This document shows, in pieces, positions 26,150 to 40,300 of a stretch of 64,000 nt of DNA. The notes under the pieces were generated by a model that was not told where the DNA came from, made no database searches, and worked only from the letters and a program-made list of their open reading frames with translations. Origin of the DNA: Hydrolagus affinis. Its lineage: Eukaryota. The position numbers were made by a program, and so were the translations under genes. Position 1 is the first letter of the stretch, and the number at the start of each line of letters is the position of its first letter. The stretch covers positions 1-64,000 of the forward strand of contig JAAILG010001280.1 in NCBI GenBank assembly GCA_012026655.1, in the 5' to 3' direction.

Positions 26150-26945
26150 TAATCCTTACATTTCATATGGCACTTTATATTGTTGAGACATCTCCAAGTG
26201 CTTCACAGGATACATTATGAAGCATGCATATATTGTAAAGACCTTATCACCCACAAAGACTATGCATATTATGTCTGATTAGGTCTGAGCACATCACAAA
26301 GCCAGAGTTGGACACCAAGCAAGGAGGATAGTGAAAGTTACCATAGGCTGATTGAAGATGTAGTTTATTAAAGCAGGATTTAAAAACAGACAGAGAGGAG
26401 ATGCATGGGGTAGAGGAGAGAGTTCTACAGATTTTGTTTTCAGTCCTTGGTCACATCTTTTCTTTATCTTCACTACATTGCCCACTTCTCCCAATTTCAC
26501 ACCAAATCCTGCTGAAACCTTCATTCATGCCTTTGTTGCTCCCTCGACTCAAGGGATGGATTTGTGAAAGCTTCATCACTAATGGTGGTGAAGAGGGAAC
26601 ACTGCAGGCCAAAAGTAGTCAAGCGGAGAGGATGAGCAGAAGAGGAGGGTAGAAGATCACAGAGATAGAGAGATGAGAGGGCATAAAAGGAATTTATGTG
26701 AAGTTGATGCATTGGAATCAAGGAGTTTGTAAGGACTGGTATGGTGAGCATATGGAATTTTTTATGTGTGGAAATCAGTGGCAGAGTTTTGATCAACCAC
26801 AACTTATAGGTAGAATGGGGGAGGCAGGCAACAAGCTCAGTTGAGAAGTTGAGTCAGAAGGCAACAAAGACATAAATGAGGGTTTCAGCAGCGATTAGTG
26901 TGAAAGGGGGGAGGTGGGCAATTAGGCAGGCAGACTTGACCAGGG
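26150..26945 (-). mobile_element. Degraded/rearranged L2 fragment(s)
   Basis: Purine-rich L2-like sequence with a tail near 26155 and an oppositely oriented piece at about 26450-26555. Confidence 0.62.
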
Positions 26946-27149
26946 ATTAAAAAAAAGTGTTCTGAAGAATCATACCCCAAAACAACAATTTTCCCTTTGA
27001 AATGCTAATTGACCAGATTGGTACATCCAGTACCTATGTTTTTATATAATCCTCCTCCATACCAGCTCCAGAATTTGGATTTTTTTGTTACTTTTCGACA
27101 AAATATTATTGCAATTGCAAATAGGAGTTAGATGTGTAATTTTCTACTT

Positions 27150-27325
27150 GTTTAGGCACTTACTGCAATTGAGAGTCGGGTAGTGGGAAGGAGAGGGGTA
27201 GGGGGAAGGAGAGGGGTAGAGTTAGTAGGGGAGCCGAAGGCGCGGTCAAAGGGGAAGGTCTTGAGACCGGCCTTGAAGGAGGAAAGGGAGGAAGCAAGGC
27301 GGAGGGGCTGCGGGAGGTGGGTCAG
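27150..27325 (-). mobile_element. L2 3' fragment
   Basis: LPQPLRLASSLSSFKAGLKTFPFDRAF, nearly the same as the copy at 57928-58423. Confidence 0.8.
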
Positions 27326-27438
27326 AATACTGTTCTGAGAACTAGGAGTCAAAACAACCCATTTTGTGGTTGGTTGTATTATCAATCAGTAATGAGGTGT
27401 CCCGTCTCTGGTAAATGCTGGGATCCCAAGTGAACATT

Positions 27439-27723
27439 TAATAATAATCCTTGCATTTGATATAGCGCTTTTCACATTTTCTAGACATCCCAAAACACTT
27501 CACAGAATATACTGTAAAGCAAATTGACTGTATATTTTTTGGGCGAAATGCAGCAGCCAATTGCGCACAGCAGTGTCCCACAAACAATTGTGGATTGAAA
27601 TGAGCAATTTTATTATTGTGCTTTTTTTGGAAGGATTATTATTATTAGGCATGTGGAGTAAGGAAACTTGCCCAAGGTTTCGCCCTGACCTGCCTGGATT
27701 CAAATACACGTCTCTCGCTTGTA
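27439..27723 (-). mobile_element. Same SINE family, slightly 5'-truncated
   Basis: Colinear copy lacking the A box. Confidence 0.88.
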
Positions 27724-28315
27724 GAATATAATAGAATATACTGAAAAGTGAATTGACCACATTTGTGGGTGTTTTTTTAATCAAAATGAACAAAAATAAT
27801 ATCATTTGGCCATTCAATTGGTAGTTGGTTATGGAACTTTACTGTTACAGTATTACAGTATTGTAACAAAAATTGATACTGCTTGAGGGAAACAATTGAG
27901 ATATTTCTAATTGCTAAAACCCTACATAAATGATTTGTTAAATGTTATATTTTCAAATGTCAATCTACACCACAGATGTAGCCCTTTAATGGAATATTCC
28001 AGGATAAGATGCAATGTAAAAAAGATCCAAGTTAACAAAAAGTAAAACTTCTTGATGCCTCCGATGGCATAACTACAGTATAGTGCATAACTTAAGTCAC
28101 ATGGACCCGGAGGATCCTAGACTCAATTGCTTGTCTATACATTAGTTGTTGATTGATTTCTGCAAAGACAGCAATGTAGACATTTTGCATCACTTTAAAA
28201 GGGAAAGAAAAATCAACCAGGGATCCAATTACAACTGCAGGAACAATATATGTGGATGTGAGATGAGGACAGATTGAACTTGTCTGGGATGATCCCTCTA
28301 TGGAGTAGCCTGGTT

Positions 28316-28720
28316 AACAACAACAACAAAATTACATTTGTATAATGCCTTTCACCAAGGCGCTGGACAGTCATTGTTTCAGATCCGAACTGGGATTGTA
28401 GGATGGAGTTCCAGAGGTTAGGGCCAGTGTGGCTGAAGGCTTGCCTGCCAATGGTGAGATGGGAGACATGGAGCAGGCCAGAGCTTGCTGAGCAGAACAG
28501 TCGAGGAGGTTCGTAGGGGGTTAGGAGGTTGCAGAGGTAGGGTGGGGCGAGGTCATGAAGGGCTTTGAATGTGAGGACCAAGATCTTGAAATGGATCCTC
28601 TGGGTGCTGGGGAGCCAATGGAATCAGGTGAGGATGGAGGAGATGAGGTCACGAAGCTTGGAGCGGTTAAAGGACACAGGCCGCAGTTCTGGATTATCTA
28701 CAGCCGATGGAGGGAGGAAC
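28316..28720 (-). mobile_element. L2 LINE 3' fragment
   Basis: VLTFKALHDLAPPYLCNLLTPY..GRQAFSHTGPNLWNS; (TTG)n tail. Confidence 0.88.
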
Positions 28721-29640
28721 TAACAGTAACTACTGAGGCTCACATTTGAAGAACAGCCATTTGTTTATGATCCCTGCAGGTGACCAGCACCCTTAGAACC
28801 ACACTTTCAACATGAGTTAACACCTCAGGAAAAGAGGAGAAAAAAATATTTCCAAGCTGTGCTAGGTTGTCCCTTCAGATATACTATCTAAATGGTGATC
28901 CAAAGCTAGGCGTCAAAACATTTCATCATTCAGCCTTGGCTCACAGTTGTTTTTGTTAAGAACTTTCAATGGAACAAAGATTTCTGGCAGCTGGGCAATG
29001 CAACACTACAATTTAAGTAGCCTCGAGCACCTGAAACACAGTGGCTCAGATTCACATATCAGTCACCACATAACGCATTTGTGAAGGCAATTTTTTTTTT
29101 TTTTTACACACACGCACTTTACACACAAGGCAATAACTATCAGTGTGAGGGATATTATGCAAATTGTATCCATGTCAAGCACCCAGTATTAATACAAGTA
29201 CTGTCAGGTCAAAACAAAACTCTCCAACCATACTGTACCACAAGGTATTTTATGGTACAATACTGAAGTATAGGCTTTACTCAATTAAAGATTGGTGTTC
29301 AAGTCACGACAAGAGATTAGAAATGCATTAATCTCAGTTCACGAGTGGCTAAATTGTAAACCAGAATATTTAGGTTGGAATTAAATAGCAACAACAACAA
29401 ATTACATTTGTATAGCACCTTTCACTTCATGTGGATGTCCTGCATCCATTCCAATACTTCATAACCACCACTAAATATTTATCTTTTAATTAATAAAGGG
29501 AATGGGTGGCCTGCAGAATCCATTCTGACATTTTATGTAATAAGTGTTTCAGTTTTGCTGTCACTAAATATCAAATATAAACATTAGTAAATGTGAGCTG
29601 TATGGTTTTCAAAATTGTGGAATTGGTATATTATCAGCAG

Positions 29641-29744
29641 TTCTGCCAGCAGTGTAAAATCTATGCAGTTTTATTTGTCATCTAAGCAATGGTGATTGCT
29701 TAGATGTCAAATGAAAGTGCATAGATTTTACACTGCTGGCAGAA
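29641..29744. repeat. Near-perfect inverted repeat: 50-bp arms, 3 mismatches, 4-nt loop
   Basis: 29641-29690 versus the reverse complement of 29695-29744: 47/50 identical. Confidence 0.97.
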
Positions 29745-30278
29745 TCTTTGCCTATTCTTCCTTCTACCTGGTATCTTGGGAAGTCATTGAGCCAAATAAT
29801 CAATACTTTTACTGGTCACACCTCTACCTGTCTTATTCCAGTTACGGTAAATTGTGTTGTGGTACAGATTTTTGAACCTGTCTAACTGGAGCTGATACAA
29901 TATTTCTGAGCTACTAACATTTTGTTGCACAACAGTTAGCTGGTCCTCTCAATAGACTGAAAAATCTATAAACCTTCACCAAGATACATTGTTGGAATGT
30001 GTCAAGATTGGCTCAGCTGTATAATTCTTACCATATATAAAAGAAGGACCACTAAATTACATTCCTTTGCAACATTTCTTTTTAATACTCTTGCAGAGCA
30101 GCAGATGTGTTAACCAGCCCGTAGTCAATGCTAAGTTGACACACTGTACAATATTTGCTCCTAAGGTACACTCTCACAATGGCAACCACTATAACTTACT
30201 AAATTGAGCAACATAAGTCATCTTTTCTTTTGTTTAATTGTCAGTGCGAGTCTATAATACCAACATATGGAGCTTTGT

Positions 30279-30321
30279 AAAATCTTGCATAGCTTCCAGT
30301 GAAAATCTTGCATAGCTTCCA
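30279..30321 (+). repeat. Short tandem duplication (20-bp unit, period 23)
   Basis: AAAATCTTGCATAGCTTCCA at 30279 and 30302. Confidence 0.9.
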
Positions 30322-33300
30322 TTATCAACTACAATTCATGTTTTCAATCGGTGGAAAATCTTGAATATGATAAACTAATAAATGGAGATGTAAGATTAAA
30401 GAAATATTGTTTCATACAATGCACTGAAACTAATCTCAAACTGATACAGACCTTGGACTGGTAACAGCAAATGAAAAGAACCTGGAACAGTTTCTATTAT
30501 TTGTTTAAGACTTGCAGGTGATACATTTACACACATTAATAATATCATCTGAATAATTTCTTTAAATATTTCAGTGGAAATCTAAAAAGCTACTGTTGGA
30601 GCAACATTTAGAATTAACAATAGGTCTGTTTCCAGATACACAAATACAACCTTGATAGGTCCACAAATACCAATTTTGAAACTGAAAATCAGCAATAAGA
30701 AGGCATTTACATTAGTTTGCCAAAATCTACTAAAGCAAGACAGTCATTGATCTCACAAGACAATTATTATTTTGGTTCCCTAAAATCAACAGTAAAAATA
30801 AAGAATTAGTAGAAGCAGCCACTTCCGAGCCATCCAATCAGTTACATGCTCATTCTCTGCTTTTCTCCTTCACCGGAGTCTGATTTGGAGAAAACATGTC
30901 TGCTCCACATCTATCCATTTCCACAGCGCAGCTTCTAGTATGACAGGTCATGGGTATGTACATTTTCATTGTAGCACTTATTATACTTTGGGTCATGGCA
31001 GTCAGATGAACAAGCTGGCAGCGCTGTGACATAGTTCACATTGCTTCCAGCAGTGCAGAAATGCAAAATATGCTGAAGTTCCTTCTCGGACTCTAGTGCT
31101 ATCAGTAATTCAGCCCTAGAGATCAACTCCCGCAAACTCTTAAGATCTATTTCAGCATGAACATTTTGTTTAAAGGCACCCAAGAAAACAGAAACAAATA
31201 CATTTTACAGTAATTAACAAGGATTTCCCAGAACCCCTTTTCATCCATTTAATTTGCATTGGCACCTTCTGCTTCCATGCTCATTCAAACACACTTTAAT
31301 TGGATTCTTAAAAATATACAGAAACTTCCATCATTTCCAGTGGGTCTCTCCAGACATTTCCAAAAGGTACACCCAGATTGTTCATAATAAATGTAGCCAG
31401 ACATCTAATAATGACCTACTCACTAATGAAAAAGCATTGTTGTTGCTGTAATTAACCACATGAAGATTTAAGTGCAAGGAAATTAGATCTATTTACACAC
31501 AGTAATCTAGCTGATGAAGGTAAAGAAAGCTATGCGGGGAAACTCTTAATTAACCCTGAAGTGCATGATGTTCTTTTGCAGTGCATTTCTCAGCATACAG
31601 GAGATTAAAAGAAAACTAACTTTGTTCGTATGTTATTGTTTCACACAGAATTTATATTTTGCTCTACATATTTCAAATTAAATATATTCCATTCTAGATC
31701 ATAAAGTGTTAAATAATTACAAGCCTTGTATCAATAATTGTTTTACTTAAATTTTCATCCTTGCCTTTGCTCCTGAAAGCTAGGACTGATCTAGGATATA
31801 AATGCATGGGTGGGCAGATCCGTTTAATTTTTCTCCTCCGTAATCCACACAATTTAGGATTTGTCCACCTGAACAGGCAAATGGTACTTCAGTTTCATGA
31901 AGGAAGCACTTCTGGCAATGCAATGTACCCACAACGTTTCTCTGGAGTATCAGCCTTGATTCTCCCAACAGGGGATTTTTAAAACAAGTAAAACTAGGCA
32001 CCTTAAATGCTATGGTTTCACAAAAAAGTCACAAATTCTGGTAGGGTATATTCCTCTTTGGTCCCTTACACCAGTTTGATCTCGTCAATCCCAATTTCCC
32101 AAACAATGAGGATTTTTTGGTTCTGATCTTGTCAACCCCAATCTTTCTGACTGGTTTCTTATCTGAGTGTCAAAGGGAGTGTTAAATTAAGCAGAGATTT
32201 GTGAGAAAACAAGGTTAAAAAACACCAAATACAATTAGTCAGAGAAGTTTTCTGGTTAGAATCTGGAGACAAATAGACAAGGAGGAATTGCTGATGACAA
32301 AATGTCTGGCACTTGAACTTTGTGTATTGGGTCGTGCCTTAACCATATATCGGTAAAAACAGATTGAGAATTGAGGTGTAAGACCTGTGCGCTTAACACA
32401 AGAAATTTTGAAGTGAGGCAAGTAAAGGAATGAACAGGGTCAACACACTTCCCAGAGGAACCAGATAATACTATTTTCTCTATAAAACTATCACTTTCAT
32501 TTTTTTGTAGTTTTACTTTGTACTTGTTGGACAAATAAAATTGCTTGTTATTGCACCATCATTTTGCTAGTCTCTTCCGAATCTTTCTGACTTGCAGACT
32601 GAAGATCTGAGCTCAGTTTAGTCGGAGAATAATGTATACCCTGTTTACCAGTAGAGACATGGAAACCTGATTAAGACATCCATCTCTACATTATAGTGAA
32701 TCAGGTCTGTCAAAAACAAATACCCAATTTCAATACTCTGTGCATGCAAGACTGATGCCAGAAAAATACTATACAATCTCTCGGGGATCGTCAGTCAGTA
32801 AATGCAGAGCAAACTCAACCAATCAGTACACTGTTTGTAGGCAAGTAGCAAATATCTTCAGGCTTTAGTTGTAGGGAAAGAACCACTTGCTGTAGTTACC
32901 TGTATCTTAAAATGATTCACATCAGGTGCCACCCAACACTGCCATAACTTCTGCATCAGTTCCCAGTTCAATTGAATACTTCAGAGAACAATACTCTTTG
33001 TGGCTAATTGAAAACAATTTTTAAAAATCCACTTTTTCTCTTTAGGGGAGCATAAAATGCTTGCTTTGTTTTTGATGAGAGAAAACCTAGTTTAAGCACT
33101 GATACCAATTGTTGGTACACTTGAATAAACAACAACTTACATTCACATAGGATCTTTCACGTGGGATAGCGTCTCGGAGCTCTTCTAAACTGAGTGCTCC
33201 CAAGAGAAAATGGCACCTGTTTTAGCAATCATCTCAGCCATCAACTTGGAAGCATTGAATGTTCCAGACTCTCCTTTTGAATGCTGCACTGTATTAACAC

Positions 33301-33479
33301 TTACCCTGGACATGGGTGAAACAGATGCTACAGGCATGAACCAGGGCTATGTTTGCACTATGGGCTGCTAAAAAAAAAAATTTTTAAACCTCCCTTCCCC
33401 AATGTAAGCTATACCCAAAATCGACAATTATGTAGATAATTAGGTCTATCAGAGTTAAAACTAGTGACCCGTATCATTG

Positions 33480-33777
33480 TTGACTGGGCTCTCCTCACAG
33501 CAGTAACTGCAGCCTTCTCATTGCCCCCCAAATACTCTACTCCACCATCAGCAGTCATGCTTTCAGCCACTATGCCCCAAAACTTAAGAATTCCCATCCT
33601 TTGCCTTATCTTCTCCTTCCCCATCTTCAGGTTGCACCTGAAAACCTTTCTGTTCAACCGAATTTACAGTCACCTTTCCCCTTCCTCTGGCTTAGCCTCA
33701 GGCTCTGGCATTGTTAAGCGCACTGAGATGCTGCCCGGCGGAGTGGAGAGCGCTATATAAATACAAGTTATTGTTGC
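33480..33777 (+). mobile_element. L2 LINE 3' fragment
   Basis: FRLHLKTFLFNR; tail AAGCGCACTGAGATG..GCGCTATATAAATACAAGTTATTGTTG. Confidence 0.78.
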
Positions 33778-36042
33778 AGTAAAGTGAGATATTAGTGTAG
33801 AACCTTTACTAATTGGGAGAAGGAGAAAAAAACTTGCCTTTAATCTTATCTGAGCATTTTCTAACAATCACACAAATCCTCATTACTAAAGCTTCATCTT
33901 GTACTGGTGCTAATGTCCCTAATCAAAAAGCTTTAACTGCTTTCTCCCTGCAGACCCTTCTGTAACCATGTGAATGACTCTAGAAAAAAGATGTGGGCAG
34001 ACACACACACCAAATTGGGCTAGTTCTTTTATCCAAGCAACCACTAGAGTATACCCTTCGTTTTCCAGTTGCACTGAATGGGTTTCTTGGAATTGGTAGA
34101 CCCAGGAGAACTAATCTAGTTTTGCTATCTGGACTATACAGTCTCCAGGAACAGAGTGTAGATTTGAAAGGAATGCGAACCCTCAGGGATCTGCCCAGGA
34201 AGTTTACGTCTTCTCATCAGAACTTCTGGACTAACAGAACGTCCCAGAGGAAGCAAGGCAATGTTCCCTCATCTCCCCCATAGGAGCATTACATGCCTGA
34301 CCACTATCCTTATACTGAACATGTTTAAAGTCAACTAGCTGTACAATAAGTTCTATTCAAGTCATAATGTTGTATTACTTTCAATCAGACATTCCTGGTG
34401 GCTCTGGATAAGCCCTCACAAATGTATCACCATCAGTCTTTCCAGATTTCAATTCCCACATCCCTCATCCACAATTCACAGATTGTCCAGGAGGGAGAGT
34501 CAAGTACCCCAGTAGTAACTCAATACATAAAATATTCACCTAAGAACAGATATCCCATTCATTACTTCTTAAAGAACCAAGCCTGTAGAATTGTGAGAAC
34601 AAGTTAAAAATAACAGTACATCTGTGGAATATATTTTTTGTGCTCCAGGAGTAACCAGTGATAGCACTGGAAAGATTCAGTGTGGTTTGAAATGCAAGCA
34701 TAAAAGGAGGTATATACAGCACAGTCATCACAGCTAGATTGAAAAAGCAAACTGGATAAAAAAATTACTTACTGTTTGTAAAATTATAGTCAGTTGAGAA
34801 CTATCAGTATTTGGCAGAATATATTCATATTAGACAAATAATTAAACATTTCTGGATAGTTATACTTAAAGTACAGATATGGAGGTGTGAAAACCAAAAC
34901 AGTGCTGTTAATCAGCTAAACACCAACTGTCCAGCAGAATGAGCCAGCGTTTTACATCCAGTCAGCCTCTACACTTTGGCAGCCAGTCCAGCCAGGAAAA
35001 GGAAGTGGGCAGCACATGGAGCAACTGGTAGGAGCTCTGGTTTCTTTGTAAACAAACCTCTCCTCCATAATTATAATCATTACAAGGATTCATTTAGTTG
35101 CAAAACTCAATCCTATGTGGTAAATACAATTGAAAGGAGCTCCAACCTTTCGTTTTCTACAAAGTACATTTTATATGTGATGTGAAGTAACTTTTTTTTA
35201 AAATGTTGTTCCAATGTTGTTCCTAAACCCAGCTAGTCCTGCCTATTTCTTGCTCTCCAAGCCAACTGGAGAGATAGGTTTGCTGTTACATCTAACACTT
35301 TACAATCCAACTACCCATCAAATCACAGGTGAAATGGATGCAGCTAGTCTGCTAGCCAACTGTACATTCAGTAATACAATAGAATATGTTTTCATTCAAG
35401 TAATACTGTATTAGGCTTAATTTGTATTTTAATGTATTCCTTCAGAAGGACCCCACATAGTGCAAATACCTCCAATATCTGAACATATGTCACACTGTCT
35501 ACAGAAATTCTGTTTGAACACAATCAAATTTCAGAGTAGAGCGCCTGAAGATCAAAAGGAAGCAATGAGAGAATTCTGCCAAAAATTTCCACAAATTAGA
35601 TCATATTATTCAAAAAATTAGAATTCTTAGAAAATTAATTTTAGAAATGTAATGTAGTCAACCAGATTAATTGGAGAGAGTTTGGTTCCTTAATTCTTTG
35701 AGAAATACTAAAAATTACATTTATAATACAATGGGGAAAAATTAATCAATTGCAAAAAACCTAATAAAATAAAAACTGGAGACAAGAGCTTAAAAGAAAA
35801 CAGGTTAGTTTGGAAACTCATCATTGTAAATATAGTCAAGCAAAATCCAAAATTGTAGCTCTATTATAAATCAATACATTAAGGCCACACGGTGCAGCAT
35901 TCTTATTGTGCTTCTGGCATTTATAAAAGATTTTCTAAATGAAGATTTTCCAAGCAAAGGACCATTATTGATATTTTGAACTATAAATTATTCGTTTTCT
36001 GATATTAAATAATCTGAGATGACATGAATGACATAATGGTAC

Positions 36043-36102
36043 CTGCTTGTACAGTTGCTGAGTCCCAGGTCAAGTCAAATTCTGAAGATTCACTTTCTTC
36101 AA
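36043..36102 (-). CDS. ZNF423: ZNF423 exon 2 (VEESESSEFDLTWDSATVQA)
   Basis: Acceptor ttgcattttgtttcag|TT GAA GAA AGT..., donor CAA GCA G|gtacc; 60 nt, phase 1-1. Resembles mammalian [20 protein letters not shown] and joins exons 1 and 3 in frame. Not in the ORF track. Confidence 0.94.
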
Positions 36103-36507
36103 CTGAAACAAAATGCAAAGAGAGCTGGTTATATCATCATTCATACCCTCTGAATGTTTTAAGACCAAACAGATAAAGCATGAAATTCAATACCATTTTT
36201 TGTTTGAATATGTGCACAGTTGCACCTTCAATATCAGATCATCCAAGGTGGAGGAAACATGTGACATTAATCAATAATTAATCAAGAAAACACAGTCAAT
36301 AGGTTCTAATTAAACAAACATACTTTCAGTTATTGATAACTATGCAGTCCAAAAAAGTGTCAATAAGCATAAAATGATAATGCTATTTCTTCAGAGAATA
36401 ATTCAAAAGAAGCTGTCCTGTACCAAGAATATCAGACACAACATAATTCCGGTAGAGATGTTGATGGAATTTCGGATTTTAAAAGCAGTACACACTTAGA
36501 GGAATCC

Positions 36508-36760
36508 GTGACACGGTGGGTGGGGGGGGATGTGGAGAAGGTGGTGTGTGCTGGGTGACATGGAATGGGGGGAATGTGGAGAAGGTGGTGTGGTGAGTGA
36601 CACTGAGGGGGGTGGGATGTGGAGAAGGTGGAGTGGTGGGTGACACTTGAGAGAGGTGGATGTGGAGAAGATGGTGTGGTGGGTGACACAGAGGGGGCGG
36701 GGGATGTGGAGAAGTTGTTGTGGTGGGTGACACCGAGGTGGGTGGATACGGAGAAGCGAC
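36508..36760 (+). repeat. G-rich minisatellite, ~44-bp unit, ~5.5 copies
   Basis: Repeats of GATGTGGAGAAGGTGGTGTGGTGGGTGACAC followed by a G-rich spacer. Confidence 0.92.
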
Positions 36761-37124
36761 AATAAATTTATGTTATTTACCTTAATGCTAAGAGAGAAGC
36801 GACATCGTCGCTGGTTGATTGCGACATCGCAACTGGGTCCTAGCGGCAAACACAAGCGCGAAGCGACATCGTAGCTGGTTGACACAACTGGGTCCTAGTG
36901 CCAAATGCTACTGTTAGTGTTAAAACCCGTGGATAAGCAAAACCCATTGCCGTGGTTAGCAAGGATTGTCGCAGCGAGCCAAACATGGATAAGTGAAATT
37001 AGCAGTAGAAAAAAAACATGGTTGGGGCGGGGTACCTGCCCCAAATATACTCTGTTTTGGTTCCTGACCTTCAAGAAATAAGATTTGCTCTCCACTCTTT
37101 TGCTCCCCTAATTCACATGGATAA

Positions 37125-37310
37125 GACAAGGAATCTGCTCTACGCCTCTCCAAATGTTACTATCCAATACTGTTAACAATTATTTAAGAATCATCAAGAC
37201 GGATTCTACTGATTTAACTTCTTAGCAATGATGTTTCACCAGTTCACTATTCCTTGAACAAAGTTTAAGAATCTCGGTCTCAACTGGTATTTGAACTTTG
37301 CTTCACCTAT
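37125..37310 (-). mobile_element. CR1 3'-region relic
   Basis: Decayed CR1 C-terminal and 3' pattern, recognised by eye. Confidence 0.45.
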
Positions 37311-40300
37311 TCTTGATTGGACCACAAGATGGAGTGGCTTGCAGCAGCAAAACAACCTACTTTAAAAAAATATTTAACATTATGAAACACTATACTATGC
37401 CATTTTGGTCAAGAGAAGAAATGCTGATTACACTATACAAACAAAATATATTCCCTCCAGATTGAAGGAGAACAGTACACGCAACAGGGAAAGAAATCTT
37501 TGAAGTTGGAAGAAGATTCAAAAGTAAACTAAGCCACAAAATAGTTGAAACAGTATTAATATGCCCATCTCATAATTGAGAGATGCAGGTTGGCAGAAGT
37601 AAAGGCCTTGGGGAACCTGAAAGTGTTCTTGATAAGAAGATACTGTTGAACCTATCTATTTTGCTGAATAGAGGTATTTTAGTTTTTTTTAGGCAGAAAC
37701 CAAAATAAAGGATAAATACTTAAGACAGGAAAAATGAACACATATGCAGGGTTTGGAGGAATGTCCATAAATGATCCAGGTTTAATTCCATAAAAAACTC
37801 TACAAGACTTAATTTCTTCATCAAAGCATTTTTGACACTGAGGATTGGGGAGGTATAAGTACCTTGAGGTTTGGGGAGCGTACAAAGAGAGCAAATGAAG
37901 CGGCAGAATCCATACTCCAGAATCTATACTAATCTATCAAATCATGTTTAGGCAGCAGTATTTGTATGATGGTTCCTCCAGATGTCACCCATAGATCAAC
38001 TATCATCCATTCCCTTTTAAACAAAATGCCAGAATGTTGCAATGTTGCAGAATGGCCCAAATTTCAGCAATTTTCAGAATCCATTTCAAAATAATTCATA
38101 GAAGACTCTGTAGACTAACATCAGACCAATCTTCGAATTCTAAAGTCTAATACCTGTCAATCTTCACTAAAGTAAAATAAATCAGAAAGCTTCCTCAATT
38201 GAAATACAACCAGACTGTCAGATCTGAATATACCACACAGCATTCTTCAGTGACTTGTGTTCATTCCTGCAGTGAATTCAATTATTGAGAACTGTTTCCT
38301 ATGCTTACAAATTCAAGTGCAGAAATAGGCAACACAAATAAACATAACTCCCGATTAGTGCTTGGAAATCAGACACTAGAGACATCTGCGACATAGACAA
38401 ATTAAGGAAGTAGTGGTCAACGAACATCCTAGCGGTCAAACAACACGCATCCAAGGGGAAGGCAATGGTGGCATCCTAGAACCAAGTCCCAAATAGGACC
38501 CAAATAAATATGCTGAAGAGAAATTAGAAGATAGAGATAGATACCCTCAACAGAAAATGAAATTCAATTATACCAGTTTATGCTAATCAGAATTATTTCT
38601 TTAACCCTTAATCTCCTTGCTGATTTACTTAACCACTAAATCACCAACCCAAATATGGATGTTTGGACAAATAGAAGTATGAGATAGCAGGATTTTGCTG
38701 TTCAAAGATGGTCATTTTCAGTCCGGATTCAGTAGAAAGGCACTGTGTAGCTGACACTGGTTATCAAATCAGTCTGCAAGAAGTGACATAGATTGTAACA
38801 AGACAATCTCTTTTCTACATTTGATACCAGATACAAAAAGGCCTGAACTACAAAACTTCAGCACTTGCTGGTCACAAGAATGTCAGCTGCTCAAATTGAT
38901 TTAATGGCCATCTTTTTGTAATCAAAACAAATCACAATATAAAAAAGCTACAAGTACCATCTTAAACAATAAATATGACTAAAGAAAAACACTGCAATCT
39001 GCTTAAAACATAGTATCTGATCGAATAGCATTTAGTTCCAATTACCTGATTGAATAGCAACAATTAGTTGTTTTTTTAAAAACTGTCCTCAGAATTTTCT
39101 GAGACCATGTAATAAAACTGCAATACTTATTCTAACCCAACTATGAGACACAAAAAACATAAACATCTACAATTAAAAATATTCCCATGTCAGAATGAAC
39201 AATTCCGAGTTGCTAAAGCAGGAGTTCACACTCAAGAATAAAGCAGTTCATGAACTATAAAATACAATGGGTGGATCAAAACAGGATTCTGATCTGCCAA
39301 ATGTTTCAGCCCTTTGGAGATTCATATTTTTCTGTTCTGCACTGGATATGGCCCAATGCCATGTGAACTAGGTCTTGTGAACAGCTGCTGGACAGAGTAA
39401 ACTAATGACTAATTTCAATGAGTAATTTTTGTGTTGGGGTGGGGAGTGGGGGAAGGGACAGAGAAAAGATAGAAATACCAATATTCAGTTAAAAATGTAC
39501 TCAGATCACCTTCAAATTGTGCTAATGAAATAAATGATCATTTATAGAACTTACCTTCGTAAAATGTTCATTTATAGTAAACAGGGTGGAAATTAAGATT
39601 AGAAATGTTGAACATTTGTTATTTTACATATATAGCATATTTATAATGAATATCTTGCTTCAGATTGTTGGCCTGGACAAAAGAATTCACTCAGGATGTT
39701 GGGCAGTAATTAAGCCAGAGATTCAAGCAAAACTGGTGTATCAAAAACTTTTAAATTCAAGTTTGTTTCAATTGCATTTCATAAACTGTCAGTGGAAAAC
39801 ATAAAGCTGAAGGTTTCTGTCACTTCCTGATCAAATTCCTGTGCGTCACACCAAAGGCTAGGCTGTGGTCTGTAACACAGGTGCTTAAACTGTGCGATAG
39901 CAAAGTACAAGCTACTTTGACCGCACATGATTTTGATCAGAATTTCGTCAGACTTTTTTTTCTTGTAATTCTACACAAGTAGATGCATTATAATTCAAAA
40001 AAATGCAATGTATGTGGGGAATTTTTCTGAAATGACAAAATAAAAATTGAGAAACAATACTCTTTGAAACTATGAGACAATCAAAGAATATTAAGATTAT
40101 CTACAATATATATTCCTCCTTGGTCTTTTAAAAGGGGTTCAATTTTCATGTACACATCAGCCTTCGCTATAGTACTTGATGACACTGATCTTGGGGAAAA
40201 CAATGTACTTTAACATCAGTCTAAGTGAAACTCTTCCCTTTCCCAAAAGAAATTCTTTGAGTAGGAGAATAAAGTCTCAAGTTTCTCTAGCTTAGACGGA

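Noticed and set aside
30935-31183. 82-aa minus-strand ORF with helical-looking sequence (EIDLKSLRELISRAELL...)
   Set aside because: No ATG start, no convincing donor, no recognisable homology, and exons 2 and 3 already join in frame. It may be a non-coding conserved element, but that cannot be shown here.
36508-36900. Repeat-spacer appearance suggestive of a CRISPR array
   Set aside because: Degenerate minisatellite with related G-rich spacers in a vertebrate intron; no cas genes.
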